DNA of 24,477 nucleotides, taken from contig JAUWQU010000001.1 of the NCBI GenBank assembly GCA_030610965.1, positions 1-24,477 on the forward strand, read 5' to 3'. This DNA is from Phycisphaerae bacterium. GTDB lineage: Bacteria > Planctomycetota > Phycisphaerae > SM23-33. Shown here one piece after another: positions 15,786 to 24,477 of this stretch. Under the pieces are notes generated by a model, which did not search any database, was not told the origin of the DNA, and worked only from the letters and a program-made list of their open reading frames with translations. The translations under genes and the position numbers were made by a program. Position 1 is the stretch's first letter; every line of letters starts with the position of its first letter.

Positions 15786-16964
15786 TCAGTCCGCCGAATC
15801 GCCGTCGGGGGGGATCCTCAGTTCCGTTGGCGGCGTGACGGGCACGTCGGCGGGCCTGGGCAGATCTCGCGCCTGCGGGCAGTAGTCGTAGGGGTAACGA
15901 TAGACGCGCTGGGCGTTGTCGGTTGTTATGTGCTCCCAGACGATCTTGCCCTCGGCCGTCACCTCGAAGAGCCGCCGGCACGCGGCCTCCAGGATCAGGG
16001 TGTTGCCGTTGGCCAGCCGCTGGCAGTTCGAGGTGAACGGGCTGTAGAAGTTGTGCCCGTCCTCGTAGAACCAGACGACCTCGCCGGCGGGCGGATCGAC
16101 CTCGATCACGAACGAGCGCCCGGTGTGGGCGAGATCCTTGTAGGGCGAGGCGCCGTTGTCGAACACGAGGATATTGCCCGCGCCGGGTAAAGGCTTCTCG
16201 ATCATCTCCGACTCGTGCTGGCCGGACATGCCGCCCCTGAACGTGCCGGTGTACGACCAGGTCACCTCGCTGGTCCGGCGATCGACGATGAGGATCGTAT
16301 CGAGCTGCCGCATGCTTATCAGTACGTTGCCCGGCCGGAACCGCTCGTCGCCCTGGTCGAACCAGCGGTTCTCGGGCAGCGACTGGACGGTATTGGTGTG
16401 CGTCCAGTCGGTAATGGTGTTGTTGTCGGGCCCGCCGGGCCAGTCGCGATTGGCTGGGATCGGGTTGCACAAGTTGATGTCGAGATGCTCGTGCTGACGC
16501 CATCGCCAGACGACCTGCTTGTCACGCGAGACCTCGACGATCGTGTCGCCGTAGATCGTCAGTGCCCGGCGAGCCGGGTCCTCGATCTTCTCGACGACTT
16601 CGCGCGGCACGGCCATCTTGCAGAGCAGCAGAATGTTGCCCTCGGGCGTCGGGAAGACATCGTGATGCGGGTCGCCGTCCTCGGGCGTGTACTGCCACAT
16701 CAGCGAACCGTCCCAGTCGAACTCCTCGACGTGCCCCAGGTTGGCGCCACGTGGCCCGAACAGCAGGATCAGCCGCCCGTCCGGCATGAGCCTCGCCCGG
16801 TGGATAAAGCCCTTGGCCTTGTCCGGGGCGACCTTCCACTCGTGGGCCGTCCGCCCGTTCATGTCGAGCAGCTTGGCCACCCCGGCCCCCGAAACAAGCG
16901 TGTAGCCGTTGAAGCACTCCTCCGGCCGATAGAGAGTCGTCCCGATTGGATAAACCGTTTTCAT
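15786..16964 (-). CDS. Aryl-sulfate sulfotransferase (ASST)-family beta-propeller, no signal peptide
   Basis: WTHTNTV, LISMRQLDTILIVD, GQHE, ILVFDNG, CQRLANGNTLI, RLFEVTAEGKIVW motifs. Confidence 0.8.
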   Translation of the reverse strand: MKTVYPIGTTLYRPEECFNGYTLVSGAGVAKLLDMNGRTAHEWKVAPDKAKGFIHRARLMPDGRLILLFGPRGANLGHVEEFDWDGSLMWQYTPEDGDPHHDVFPTPEGNILLLCKMAVPREVVEKIEDPARRALTIYGDTIVEVSRDKQVVWRWRQHEHLDINLCNPIPANRDWPGGPDNNTITDWTHTNTVQSLPENRWFDQGDERFRPGNVLISMRQLDTILIVDRRTSEVTWSYTGTFRGGMSGQHESEMIEKPLPGAGNILVFDNGASPYKDLAHTGRSFVIEVDPPAGEVVWFYEDGHNFYSPFTSNCQRLANGNTLILEAACRRLFEVTAEGKIVWEHITTDNAQRVYRYPYDYCPQARDLPRPADVPVTPPTELRIPPDGDSAD

Positions 16965-17196
16965 CTGCGTCGCCGCTCCTCATAGAGTCTGGTTGTTGAA
17001 CTCGCTGATATTACAGTAACCCGCGCGAATAGTCGCCTGTCTTGACGGCACATCGACCTGGCCGCGCCATGCGGCAGGGAATACGCATCAGCGGCCTGCG
17101 TGGGAATGGGCAGGTACGACAGGCGTTGACAAAAGACGGCCGCTGACGAAAAACTCGCCATCGGCGCCGACATTCGCCGATATACTCGAGGCGGCC

Positions 17197-18000
17197 ATGA
17201 CATCGGATCGAGAAGACATTCACAGCGAGGGAGCAGGTATGGACGACCGGTCGGCATTCACCACTCAGGACCCATGGCGGGTCTTTCGGATAATGAGCGA
17301 GTTCGTCGACGGCTTCGAGACGATGAGTCACATCGGGCCGGCGGTGAGCATTTTCGGTTCGGCCCGCACTCCGCGGTCGCACCGCGACTACCGCCAGGCC
17401 CGCAAGATGGCTGCCATGCTGGCTGAGAAAGGCTTCGCGATCATCACCGGCGGAGGCCCCGGCATAATGGAGGCCGCCAATCGCGGCGCCCACGACGTCC
17501 GCGGAACCAGCGTTGGGCTCAACATAACCCTGCCGCACGAGCAGACGTCCAACCCATGGGCGAACGTGCAGATCGACTTCCGCTACTTCTTCGCCCGGCT
17601 GGTGATGTTCGTCAAGTACGCCAACGCGTTCGTGTGCTTTCCGGGCGGCTTCGGCACGCTGCACGAGTTCTACAACTCCATGACGCTCATTCAGACAGAG
17701 AAGACGGCCGCCTTTCCCGTGGTGCTTATCGGGCGGAAGTACTGGAAGGGCCTGATCGACTGGATGCGAAAGAGCATGCTCAAGGACACCTACAACAAGA
17801 TCGACCCGGGCGACCTGGACATGTTCCACCTGACCGACAGCCTCAACGAGGCCGCCAAAATCATCAAGCGGGCACACGATGAGAGCATCGCCCGCCAGGC
17901 CGCCGAGATGCCCTGCGAACTGGCCCACACGGGCGAAGGAACCTACGTCGGCAGGCCCTCCATACCCGCACGCCGGCCCCGGCGAAAGAAGACGCCGTAG
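17197..18000 (+). CDS. LOG family (TIGR00730-type) nucleotide phosphoribohydrolase
   Basis: DPWRVFRIMSEFVDGF, AVSIFGSAR, IITGGGPGIMEAANRGA, FPGGFGTLHE (PGGxGTxxE). Start at 17197 or 17239. Confidence 0.92.
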   Translation: MTSDREDIHSEGAGMDDRSAFTTQDPWRVFRIMSEFVDGFETMSHIGPAVSIFGSARTPRSHRDYRQARKMAAMLAEKGFAIITGGGPGIMEAANRGAHDVRGTSVGLNITLPHEQTSNPWANVQIDFRYFFARLVMFVKYANAFVCFPGGFGTLHEFYNSMTLIQTEKTAAFPVVLIGRKYWKGLIDWMRKSMLKDTYNKIDPGDLDMFHLTDSLNEAAKIIKRAHDESIARQAAEMPCELAHTGEGTYVGRPSIPARRPRRKKTP

Positions 18001-18129
18001 CAGTGTCACTGACAGAGAGCTGAATGCCGCTTGCGGACGTGCCGCCCGCGCAGCAAAACGGGGCCAAGCCCGAGATGGGCCGGCCCCGTGATAACAATCC
18101 CTGGTGTCCTGCTATTGCTTGCCGCCTGC

Positions 18130-18831
18130 TCAGGCTCGACGGCGACGACGCAGCAGCGCCAAGCCGCCGAAGGCCAGCAGGGCCATCGTGGCCGGCTCGG
18201 GAATCTGGCTGAAGGTCTGCTGGAACTGGCTTAGGTGTGCAAAGCCGTCCTGATTGACACCACCGCTGACGCCGACATCTTTGACGACCCATATCTCCTG
18301 GAGCGGAGTAAAGTCCTGGTGGTCCTCCAGGATGCCGGACTCGATAGCGCCGTCGCGGGTGTAGAAAACGAACTTGTTCGCTATCGCTGGCGATGTGCTC
18401 GGCTCGCCGGAGTAGACTACCTCGGCGATGCTGACGCTCCCGCCGTTGGCCGCACCGTAGCCCAGCAGCTTCAACCCGTTGTCCTTGATGAACAAGCCCT
18501 CGGGGGCCGCCACCTTGAAGGTGATGGTGGTATCGGCGAGCTGCCCGGCCGCGGCCTGCCAGAGGCCGGTGAAGATCAACCCAAAGTCACCATTCACGTC
18601 CACGCCGCGGACAACGATCTCGTCCATCCCCGGCGCCAATGCGCCCTGGGATTTCGCGATGTCAGTGAAGAAATCCGTGAATAGCTTGTCCCCGACCTGA
18701 ATGCCGTCGGCTGCATTGACTTCCGTCAACGAACTGGTGACCGGGTTATCGAAATCGTAGATGATTGCCCCATGGGAAGTACCACCCAGAGCCACCAAAA
18801 CAGCGAAAACTGTCAAAAGACGAGCGAACAT
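18130..18831 (-). CDS. PEP-CTERM sorting domain-containing surface protein
   Basis: Signal peptide and C-terminal IPEPATMALLAFGGLALLRRRRRA. SD GGAGG 9 nt upstream of ATG 18831. Confidence 0.93.
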   Translation of the reverse strand: MFARLLTVFAVLVALGGTSHGAIIYDFDNPVTSSLTEVNAADGIQVGDKLFTDFFTDIAKSQGALAPGMDEIVVRGVDVNGDFGLIFTGLWQAAAGQLADTTITFKVAAPEGLFIKDNGLKLLGYGAANGGSVSIAEVVYSGEPSTSPAIANKFVFYTRDGAIESGILEDHQDFTPLQEIWVVKDVGVSGGVNQDGFAHLSQFQQTFSQIPEPATMALLAFGGLALLRRRRRA

Positions 18832-18920
18832 GAGCATTCTCCTCCGCAACTAGTCTATTCAAGCTCCTTTGACACGGTGCGCCTTGAGCGAACGCACGGC
18901 CGGAGCTTCGAGCCTTCAGC

Positions 18921-18948
18921 ATGATACCAGAATCGGCAGAATTGTCAA
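18921..18948 (-). promoter_or_regulatory. sigma70 promoter of the PEP-CTERM gene
   Basis: TTGACA (18948-18943), 16-nt spacer ending TGG, TATCAT (18926-18921). Confidence 0.7.
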
Positions 18949-18958
18949 GCGCAAAAAC

Positions 18959-19406
18959 CTCAAACTAATGGGTTTTTTCGCGGGCACTTCACGGGAGGAA
19001 ATTGGACTGGCGCGCAGACCCTGTGCGCGACGATGAAGGGGAATAGGCCATATTTCCTTAACTCGTTACCGCACAGGGAGGTGCGCCATGATGCCACCGC
19101 AAGCCTTGATGGAAGCCGTATCGGCGAATCTGCAGGCAGGTCTGAACTGGTTCCTCCAGCCAATCGGCCGGAATCTCAGCAAGCCCCAGAAAACGTTCCT
19201 CCGCGACGGGCTCGTTCCGCCTACGGCGGACTCCGCGCAGGCCGGCCGGTCGTCTGCCCCATGGCCCATCCGCCGCGGCGGACCGGATAAGCCGGACTTC
19301 CTGCTCTATCGCATGCTGACGGGACTCACAGAGGCAATAACTGCCCGCGTTTACGCAGGGAGAGCCCTGCCATGAATGTACTTGCGAAAAAAACCCTCAG
19401 TTTGAG
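18959..19406 (+). mobile_element. Internally deleted insertion sequence (448 bp, MITE-like)
   Basis: Terminal inverted repeats CTCAAACTAATGGGTTTTTTCGC / CTCAAACTGAGGGTTTTTTTCGC (20/23). Flanked by direct repeat CAAAAAC at 18952-18958 and 19407-19413. Confidence 0.85.
19088..19375 (+). pseudogene. Transposase remnant (probable N- and C-terminal fragments fused by deletion)
   Basis: SD GGGAGG. The ORF lies between the IRs and ends about 30 nt from the right end. N-terminal FLQPIGRNLSKPQKTFL resembles DDE transposase starts (recalled, family unverified). Confidence 0.55.
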
Positions 19407-19589
19407 CAAAAACCTCGGTAATAGGACCTCGCACACCAGTTCCCTCTTGCTGTCCTGCCATTGATTCCCGGCATCTCGGAACTGCTATCGGAATGATCGG
19501 CCGGCCAGTTGACCAGTTTCCGTGGGCAAACAAGCCTTATCGCCGACACCGAGCCGGACACGAGGTATATCTTCATCAGGCCAAGGCCT

Positions 19590-19877
19590 TTAGACGCCAG
19601 GGGAGTCCCCGCCAGTCCCGCGCTGGGGGGCCTTGGAGACAGGATCGTAGCCGCCGCGGGAGAACGGGTGGCATCGCAGTATTCGCCAGAGGCCCAGCAC
19701 CGCGCCCCGCAAAGGCCCCCGCACCCGCACGGATTCTATAAAATATTGGCTGCACGTAGGTTGAAAACGACACTGGCGCCCGATCACCGGCGACAGCGCG
19801 GCCTGATATGCCCGGACCATGCCGATCAGCACAGCCGAGGCCCCCGCCGAAAGCATCCGTAGCGCGCGGCGGATCAT
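19590..19877 (-). CDS. yidD: Membrane protein insertion efficiency factor YidD
   Basis: YQAALSPVIGRQCRFQPTCSQY...RILRCHPFSRGGYDPV. Confidence 0.95.
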   Translation of the reverse strand: MIRRALRMLSAGASAVLIGMVRAYQAALSPVIGRQCRFQPTCSQYFIESVRVRGPLRGAVLGLWRILRCHPFSRGGYDPVSKAPQRGTGGDSPGV

Positions 19878-20251
19878 TGTCCGGACCGCCCCTGGGCGCC
19901 ATCATCGGCATCTGCCCCGGCCAATCGCTTGGCCAGCAGGACAACCGACTTTTGCAGACTCGCAAGCGTCACCTTCGCGCCGGCTCTCGGCAGCAGCATG
20001 AAGTCCCACCCGGCCGGCAGATCGTGGCGGCTGAGGCGCATAGCCTCCCGGCACAGGCGTTTGATGCGATTCCGCCGAACGGCGTTGCCGTGGCGCCTGG
20101 AGATGCCCACGCCGGTGCGGGTGTGGGACAGGTCGTTGGGGCGGGCGATCATGGTCGCCAGCCGGTCGCGCGCGGACGTGCCCCCATCGAACACCGCGTT
20201 GATGTCCGACCGCCGACGGAGCCGATATCGTTTGCCTGCCCTGTGGTCCAT
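19874..20251 (-). CDS. rnpA: Ribonuclease P protein component
   Basis: RYRLRRRSDINAVF, RTGVGISRRHGNAVRRNRIKRLCRE (RNR motif). ATGA overlap with yidD. Confidence 0.95.
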   Translation of the reverse strand: MDHRAGKRYRLRRRSDINAVFDGGTSARDRLATMIARPNDLSHTRTGVGISRRHGNAVRRNRIKRLCREAMRLSRHDLPAGWDFMLLPRAGAKVTLASLQKSVVLLAKRLAGADADDGAQGRSGQ

Positions 20252-20333
20252 GTCTTGGCGTCGCGGCCTTCGCAGCCACAAGGGCATTGTACCTGTCCGC
20301 CCTTCGCGCCGGGGATGGAAAAGCCACATTCTC

Positions 20334-20362
20334 TTGACCACCGGGGCCCAGTGCATTACAAA
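20334..20362 (+). promoter_or_regulatory. Putative sigma70 promoter of the TPR gene
   Basis: TTGACC, 17-nt spacer, TACAAA. Confidence 0.4.
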
Positions 20363-20444
20363 GATGCCTATCCGACGAAGCCGCGCCCGCGCCAAGGACG
20401 GTCGGTGCCGGCCAATAGTCGCGTACCAGAGCAGGAACGGAAGA

Positions 20445-21470
20445 ATGCACATCAGACGGATCGCAATCTGGGCCATGGCGCTGGGCTTGGCGACGAGTTT
20501 CGGTTGCCGTCAGGCTCGCAGAATGCAGGACAAGATAGCCATCAACCACTACGTCCGCGGCCAGTTGCTGGCCGATAGGGGCGAGTTGGATGCCGCGCTG
20601 GCCGAATTGGCCAAGGCCGTCAGGGTCAACGAGGACCTGTCGGTGGCATACTCGGCCATGGGCGACATCCATCGCAACCGCAACGACTATCCGATGGCTC
20701 GCGTCAGCTATGAGAAGGCCTGCGACACGAACCCCTACTCCTTCAAGCCGCACTACAACCTCGGCGTGGTCTACCAGACCCTGGCGGCCGCGGCAACGAC
20801 AGTCGAGGATATCCAGGATTACTTCCGCCAGGCCGCCAACGTCTACCTTCGCGCGATGGTCATCTCGCCGGAGGACTTCGACACGCACCTGAACCTCAGC
20901 GCCTGCTACTACTCGATGGGCAAGTACGACCTGGCCGAGAAATACTGCAAGGCCGCCATCGTGCTCAAGCCCCAGAGCCCCGAGGCTTACAGCAACCTCG
21001 GGATCATCTACGACAACCAGGGCCAGGCCTACCAGGCCATCAAGGCCTACCGCGATTCGCTGGAGCTCGACGTCCACCAGCCCAAGCTGCTGATGAACCT
21101 CGGGGTCACCTACATCCGCCAAGGCCGGCTCAAACCCGCGCTCCAGGCCTTCCGGATGGCCGCCAACGAGGACCCCAACTGCCCCGAAGCGTGGGAGCAG
21201 CTTGGCACGTGCCACTACCATGTAAAGGACTACGACAAGGCCCTGGATGCCTACAACAATGCCGTCCAGCGCGACCCGGCCAACGCGGCCGCCCATCGCG
21301 GCCTCGGCGTGGTCTACATGACCCAGTATGTGCTGAACCGCGAAAAGGCCGAGCTTCGCAACAAGGCCCTGGCAGCCTGGCACACCTCGCTTGAACTCAA
21401 CCCGAGCCAGAAAGACATCGTCGAACTGGTCCGCAAGTACACCGTCAAACCCGCCGAGCCATCGCTGTAG
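20445..21470 (+). CDS. Tetratricopeptide-repeat lipoprotein
   Basis: MHIRRIAIWAMALGLATSFGC lipobox. Multiple TPRs (AYSAMGDIH, PHYNLGVVY, AYSNLGIIY, LLMNLGVTY, AWEQLGTCH, AHRGLGVVY). Confidence 0.9.
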   Translation: MHIRRIAIWAMALGLATSFGCRQARRMQDKIAINHYVRGQLLADRGELDAALAELAKAVRVNEDLSVAYSAMGDIHRNRNDYPMARVSYEKACDTNPYSFKPHYNLGVVYQTLAAAATTVEDIQDYFRQAANVYLRAMVISPEDFDTHLNLSACYYSMGKYDLAEKYCKAAIVLKPQSPEAYSNLGIIYDNQGQAYQAIKAYRDSLELDVHQPKLLMNLGVTYIRQGRLKPALQAFRMAANEDPNCPEAWEQLGTCHYHVKDYDKALDAYNNAVQRDPANAAAHRGLGVVYMTQYVLNREKAELRNKALAAWHTSLELNPSQKDIVELVRKYTVKPAEPSL

Positions 21471-21649
21471 GCCCCGACGACCGCTGATACGCGGGGATTT
21501 CGCCCGGCCGCGGCGGCGCGCCGACACGGCGCGAAGTTCGGCTTTTCTCCGGGAATCCCCCAACGTCGCCTGCGGTAATTCCGATAGAATAGTAGTATCT
21601 GGTACGCCAGTCCGCGGCCGGGTTGCCCCTGGCAATCGAAAGGATATGC

Positions 21650-22834
21650 ATGATCGGCATTTCGAAACTATACTGCGGGACCGTCGAGGCCTCGGACCCG
21701 TTGCGATACGGCAGGCAGTCGGGCAAGCTGCCCAGCCATTTGCTGCAATTCTCGGCTGACAAGAAGCCCGTGGTGGTATGGAACTGCACAAAACAGTGCA
21801 ACTTACATTGCGTCCACTGCTACGCGACCGCCACCAGCCAGCCAGCTCCGGACGAGCTTACCGGCGACGAGGGCCGGGCGATGATCGACGACATCGCCCA
21901 ATTCGGCAGCCCGGTGATCCTGTTCTCCGGCGGCGAGCCGCTGATGCGGCCGGACGTGATGGAGCTTATCGCCCACGCCCGCACCGCGGGCCTGCGGGCG
22001 GTCATCAGCACCAACGGCACGTTGATAAAGCGCCCCGTCGCCGAGAAACTCGCCGACGTGGGCCTAAGCTACGTCGGCGTCAGCCTCGACGGACTCGAGC
22101 CCGTACACGATAAGTTCCGCGGCGTGGTCGGCTGCTTTCAAGATGCCCTGGAGGGCATCCGCAACTGCCTGGCCGTCGGTGTGAAGGTCGGCCTGCGGTT
22201 CACGCTTAACAAGCAGAACGTCGCGGACCTGCCGGGCATCTTCGACCTCATCGAGCGAGAGGGCATTGGGCGGGCGTGCTTCTACCACCTCGCATACACC
22301 GGCCGGGGCGACAAGCTCCGCGCGGCCACGCTTACCAACGCCCAGACGCGGGAGACGGTAGACCTCATTATCGACCGCACCAAGGCCCTTCACGACGCCG
22401 GCAAGGCCATCGAGGTGCTGACGGTCGACAACCACGCAGACGGCCCGTACGTATACATGCGAATGCTCAAAGACAACCCCGAGCGCGCGCCCGACTGCCT
22501 GGATCTGCTGAACATGAACGGCGGCAACTCCACGGGTGTCGGCATCGGCTGCGTGAGTTGGAACGGCGATGTATTGCCCGACCAGTTCTGGCGGCACCAC
22601 GTGCTTGGCAACGTCCGCGAGCGGCCCTTCAGCGAGATATGGGCCGACCCGAACGAGCCGCTGCTGAGCAAGCTGCGCAATCGCAAGCAGCACATGAAGT
22701 GCCGCTGCATGCACTGCCGCTGGCTGAGCGTGTGCAACGGCAACTTCCGCGCCCGCGCCGAAGCCGCCACCGGCGACATGTGGGGCGACGACCCCGCGTG
22801 CTACCTGACCGACGAGGAAATAGCCCCCGAATAA
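21650..22834 (+). CDS. ahbC: Radical SAM/SPASM 12,18-didecarboxysiroheme deacetylase (Fe-coproporphyrin III synthase, NirJ1-like)
   Basis: MIGISKLYCG...DPLRYGR...LLQFSADKKPVVVWNCTKQCNLHCVHCY, TVDNHADG, PDQFW, CNGNFRARA. Confidence 0.93.
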   Translation: MIGISKLYCGTVEASDPLRYGRQSGKLPSHLLQFSADKKPVVVWNCTKQCNLHCVHCYATATSQPAPDELTGDEGRAMIDDIAQFGSPVILFSGGEPLMRPDVMELIAHARTAGLRAVISTNGTLIKRPVAEKLADVGLSYVGVSLDGLEPVHDKFRGVVGCFQDALEGIRNCLAVGVKVGLRFTLNKQNVADLPGIFDLIEREGIGRACFYHLAYTGRGDKLRAATLTNAQTRETVDLIIDRTKALHDAGKAIEVLTVDNHADGPYVYMRMLKDNPERAPDCLDLLNMNGGNSTGVGIGCVSWNGDVLPDQFWRHHVLGNVRERPFSEIWADPNEPLLSKLRNRKQHMKCRCMHCRWLSVCNGNFRARAEAATGDMWGDDPACYLTDEEIAPE

Positions 22835-22849
22835 AAAAGGCGGATTAAT

Positions 22850-23032
22850 CGCGGAGGACGCAGAGAACGCCGAGAAAAGAAGAACAAAAGAGAGACAGGG
22901 ATTACATGGATTACGTGATTGCATGGATTAAAGAGAAGGCATATATGCTTCTATCCACGTAATCCCTTAATCCGTGTAATCCCCATCCAGCTTCTTTTTC
23001 TTCTTCTTTTCCCGTGCCCGACGCCCTCCGCG
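22850..23032. repeat. Long nested imperfect palindrome filling the ahbC-ahbD intergenic region
   Basis: CGCGGAGGACG (22850-22860) pairs with CGCCCTCCGCG (23022-23032). An A/G tract pairs with a C/T tract. GGGATTACATGGATTA (22898-22913) pairs with TAATCCGTGTAATCCC (22968-22983). Central GAAGGCATATATGCTTC. Confidence 0.85.
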
Positions 23033-23051
23033 AGAGAAGAAACGTGCGAAT

Positions 23052-24137
23052 ATGACAGGACATCCGAAAAACCACCCGACCAGCACCCCCCCGCCGCTTC
23101 GACTGCTGTTCTGGGAGTCGACCGTGCGGTGCAACCTTGCCTGCTCGCACTGCCGGCGGATCGAGACGGCCGACGAGGCGGCCAGGGAAGACCTGACCAC
23201 GGCCGAGTTCCGGCGAGTGCTGGACTCGACGGCCTCGCTGGGCAAACCGATCATCGTCTTTTCCGGCGGTGAGCCGCTGATGCGGGACGACTGGGATATC
23301 CTGGCCCAGCACGCCAAGGCGCTCGGCCTGCCGACGGCGCTGGCCACAAACGGCACGCTGGTGGATGCGCCGCTGGCCAAGCGAATCGCCGCGGCCGGCT
23401 TTCGGCGGGTGTCGATAAGCCTCGACGGCGCCGACGCGGCCACGCACGACGCGTTTCGCCGCGTCGATGGCGCCTTCGCGCGGGCCCTGGCGGGCATCAA
23501 GGCGCTGCGGGCTGAGTCAATGCCCATGCAGGTGAACGCCACCATCGCCGCCCATAACATCGATCAACTCGACGACCTCTACGCGATGGTCCGCGGCATC
23601 GACGTCGAGGCGCTGCACCTGTTCCTGCTGGTGCCGGTGGGCTGCGGAATGGAAATCAGCGAGAGTCATCAGATCGCCCCCGAGCAGTACGAGGAGGTGC
23701 TCAACTGGGTTCTGGACCGCCAGGCCGACGGGCATATCGAACTCAAGGCCACGTGCGCGCCGCACTATTACCGCCTGGCCGCCCAGCGGGCAGAGGCGGC
23801 CGGCGGCCCGGGCCCTGCCATGCCCAGCCAACACGGGCGCGGGTGCATGTGCGGCGTTTCAGTCGCGTTCGTCAGCCACAAGGGCGTAGTCTTCCCGTGC
23901 GGCTACCTGCCGGTTCACTGCGGCTCGGTGCGCGAGAAGCCCTTCGCCGAGATATGGCGAAACGCGGAAGTCTTCGCCAAGCTTCGCGACTACGAAAAAC
24001 TGCTGGGCAAGTGCGGGCGGTGCGAATACAAGAGCCTTTGCGGCGGCTGCCGCGCCAGGGCGTACGCGCTGACGGGCAACTTCCTGGCCGCCGAGCCGGC
24101 CTGCACATACCGCCCCGCCGGGCAGGTGGCCAAGTGA
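23052..24137 (+). CDS. ahbD: Radical SAM/SPASM AdoMet-dependent heme synthase (NirJ2-like)
   Basis: LRLLFWESTVRCNLACSHCR, FLLVPVGCG, KATCAPHYYR, FPCGY, KCGRCEYKSLCGGCRARA. Confidence 0.88.
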   Translation: MTGHPKNHPTSTPPPLRLLFWESTVRCNLACSHCRRIETADEAAREDLTTAEFRRVLDSTASLGKPIIVFSGGEPLMRDDWDILAQHAKALGLPTALATNGTLVDAPLAKRIAAAGFRRVSISLDGADAATHDAFRRVDGAFARALAGIKALRAESMPMQVNATIAAHNIDQLDDLYAMVRGIDVEALHLFLLVPVGCGMEISESHQIAPEQYEEVLNWVLDRQADGHIELKATCAPHYYRLAAQRAEAAGGPGPAMPSQHGRGCMCGVSVAFVSHKGVVFPCGYLPVHCGSVREKPFAEIWRNAEVFAKLRDYEKLLGKCGRCEYKSLCGGCRARAYALTGNFLAAEPACTYRPAGQVAK

Positions 24138-24153
24138 ATGACCAAGTCCGTCG

Positions 24154-24182
24154 TTGACCCGACGGGAAAATATCTATAGAAT
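24154..24182 (+). promoter_or_regulatory. sigma70 promoter of tRNA-Ala
   Basis: TTGACC (24154-24159), 17-nt spacer, TAGAAT (24177-24182), 12 nt before the tRNA. Confidence 0.8.
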
Positions 24183-24194
24183 CTCAGGCACGTC

Positions 24195-24267
<73 letters not shown>

Positions 24268-24279
24268 GTCCAGCCGACG

Positions 24280-24313
24280 ACGAGAGCCCGCCAAGGCGGG
24301 CCTTCGTTGTTTT
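24280..24313 (+). terminator. Probable intrinsic terminator after tRNA-Ala
   Basis: GCCCGC-CAAG-GCGGGC hairpin followed by CTTCGTTGTTTT. Confidence 0.65.
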
Positions 24314-24393
24314 ACCGCCGCGCCACCGCGAAAACCACCCGGCCAGGCACCGCACAGGACTCAAAGACCCTCCATATGAGCGCAACGACCACT

Positions 24394-24477
24394 TAGAGCA
24401 GTTTAACTAATATCGTGAAGATTGCCGATGATGTGTGTATGAAAAGCTATTCGATGGACTTGCGAAAACGAGTGGTC
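24394..24477 (+). mobile_element. Left end of an IS630-family element, truncated by the window end
   Basis: TA followed by GAGCAGTTT. ORF from ATG 24439 reads MKSYSMDLRKRVV, matching the IS630 transposase N-terminal pattern (YSxDLRxRV). Confidence 0.75.

Noticed and set aside
20252-20444. Expected rpmH (L34) upstream of rnpA
   Set aside because: No MKRT..P-like ORF seen on the minus strand.

Overview
High-GC bacterial DNA, most likely Planctomycetota/Phycisphaerae. This is inferred from a PEP-CTERM protein, an H-X9-DG prepilin-type protein, a DUF2617-like protein and ATQP-type tails. The window is probably a whole contig, since it starts in poly-C runs and ends inside the left end of an IS630-family element. 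It contains a partial secreted protein with 10-aa repeats that the ORF track misses, an LPS-core-type cluster (GT4, double-domain Kdo/WaaP/InaA-like kinase, GT9, DUF2062) and a DUF2617-like gene. Next come two STAS genes (the second fused to DUF502), an ICMT-family methyltransferase and a secreted alpha/beta-hydrolase lacking its catalytic triad. A mosaic around tRNA-Leu(CAA) follows. It has a hipBST + lipoprotein islet bounded by a duplicate of the tRNA 3' end, and a HEAT + prepilin islet bounded by a 101-bp duplicate of a hydrolase gene's 3' end. The rest holds an arylsulfotransferase-like gene, a LOG-family gene, a PEP-CTERM gene, a 448-bp internally deleted IS, yidD-rnpA, a TPR lipoprotein, ahbC/ahbD of the siroheme-dependent heme pathway and tRNA-Ala(CGC). 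Two intergenic regions are long palindromes built from short repeats. All calls come from motif recognition and manual alignment; no database searches were run.
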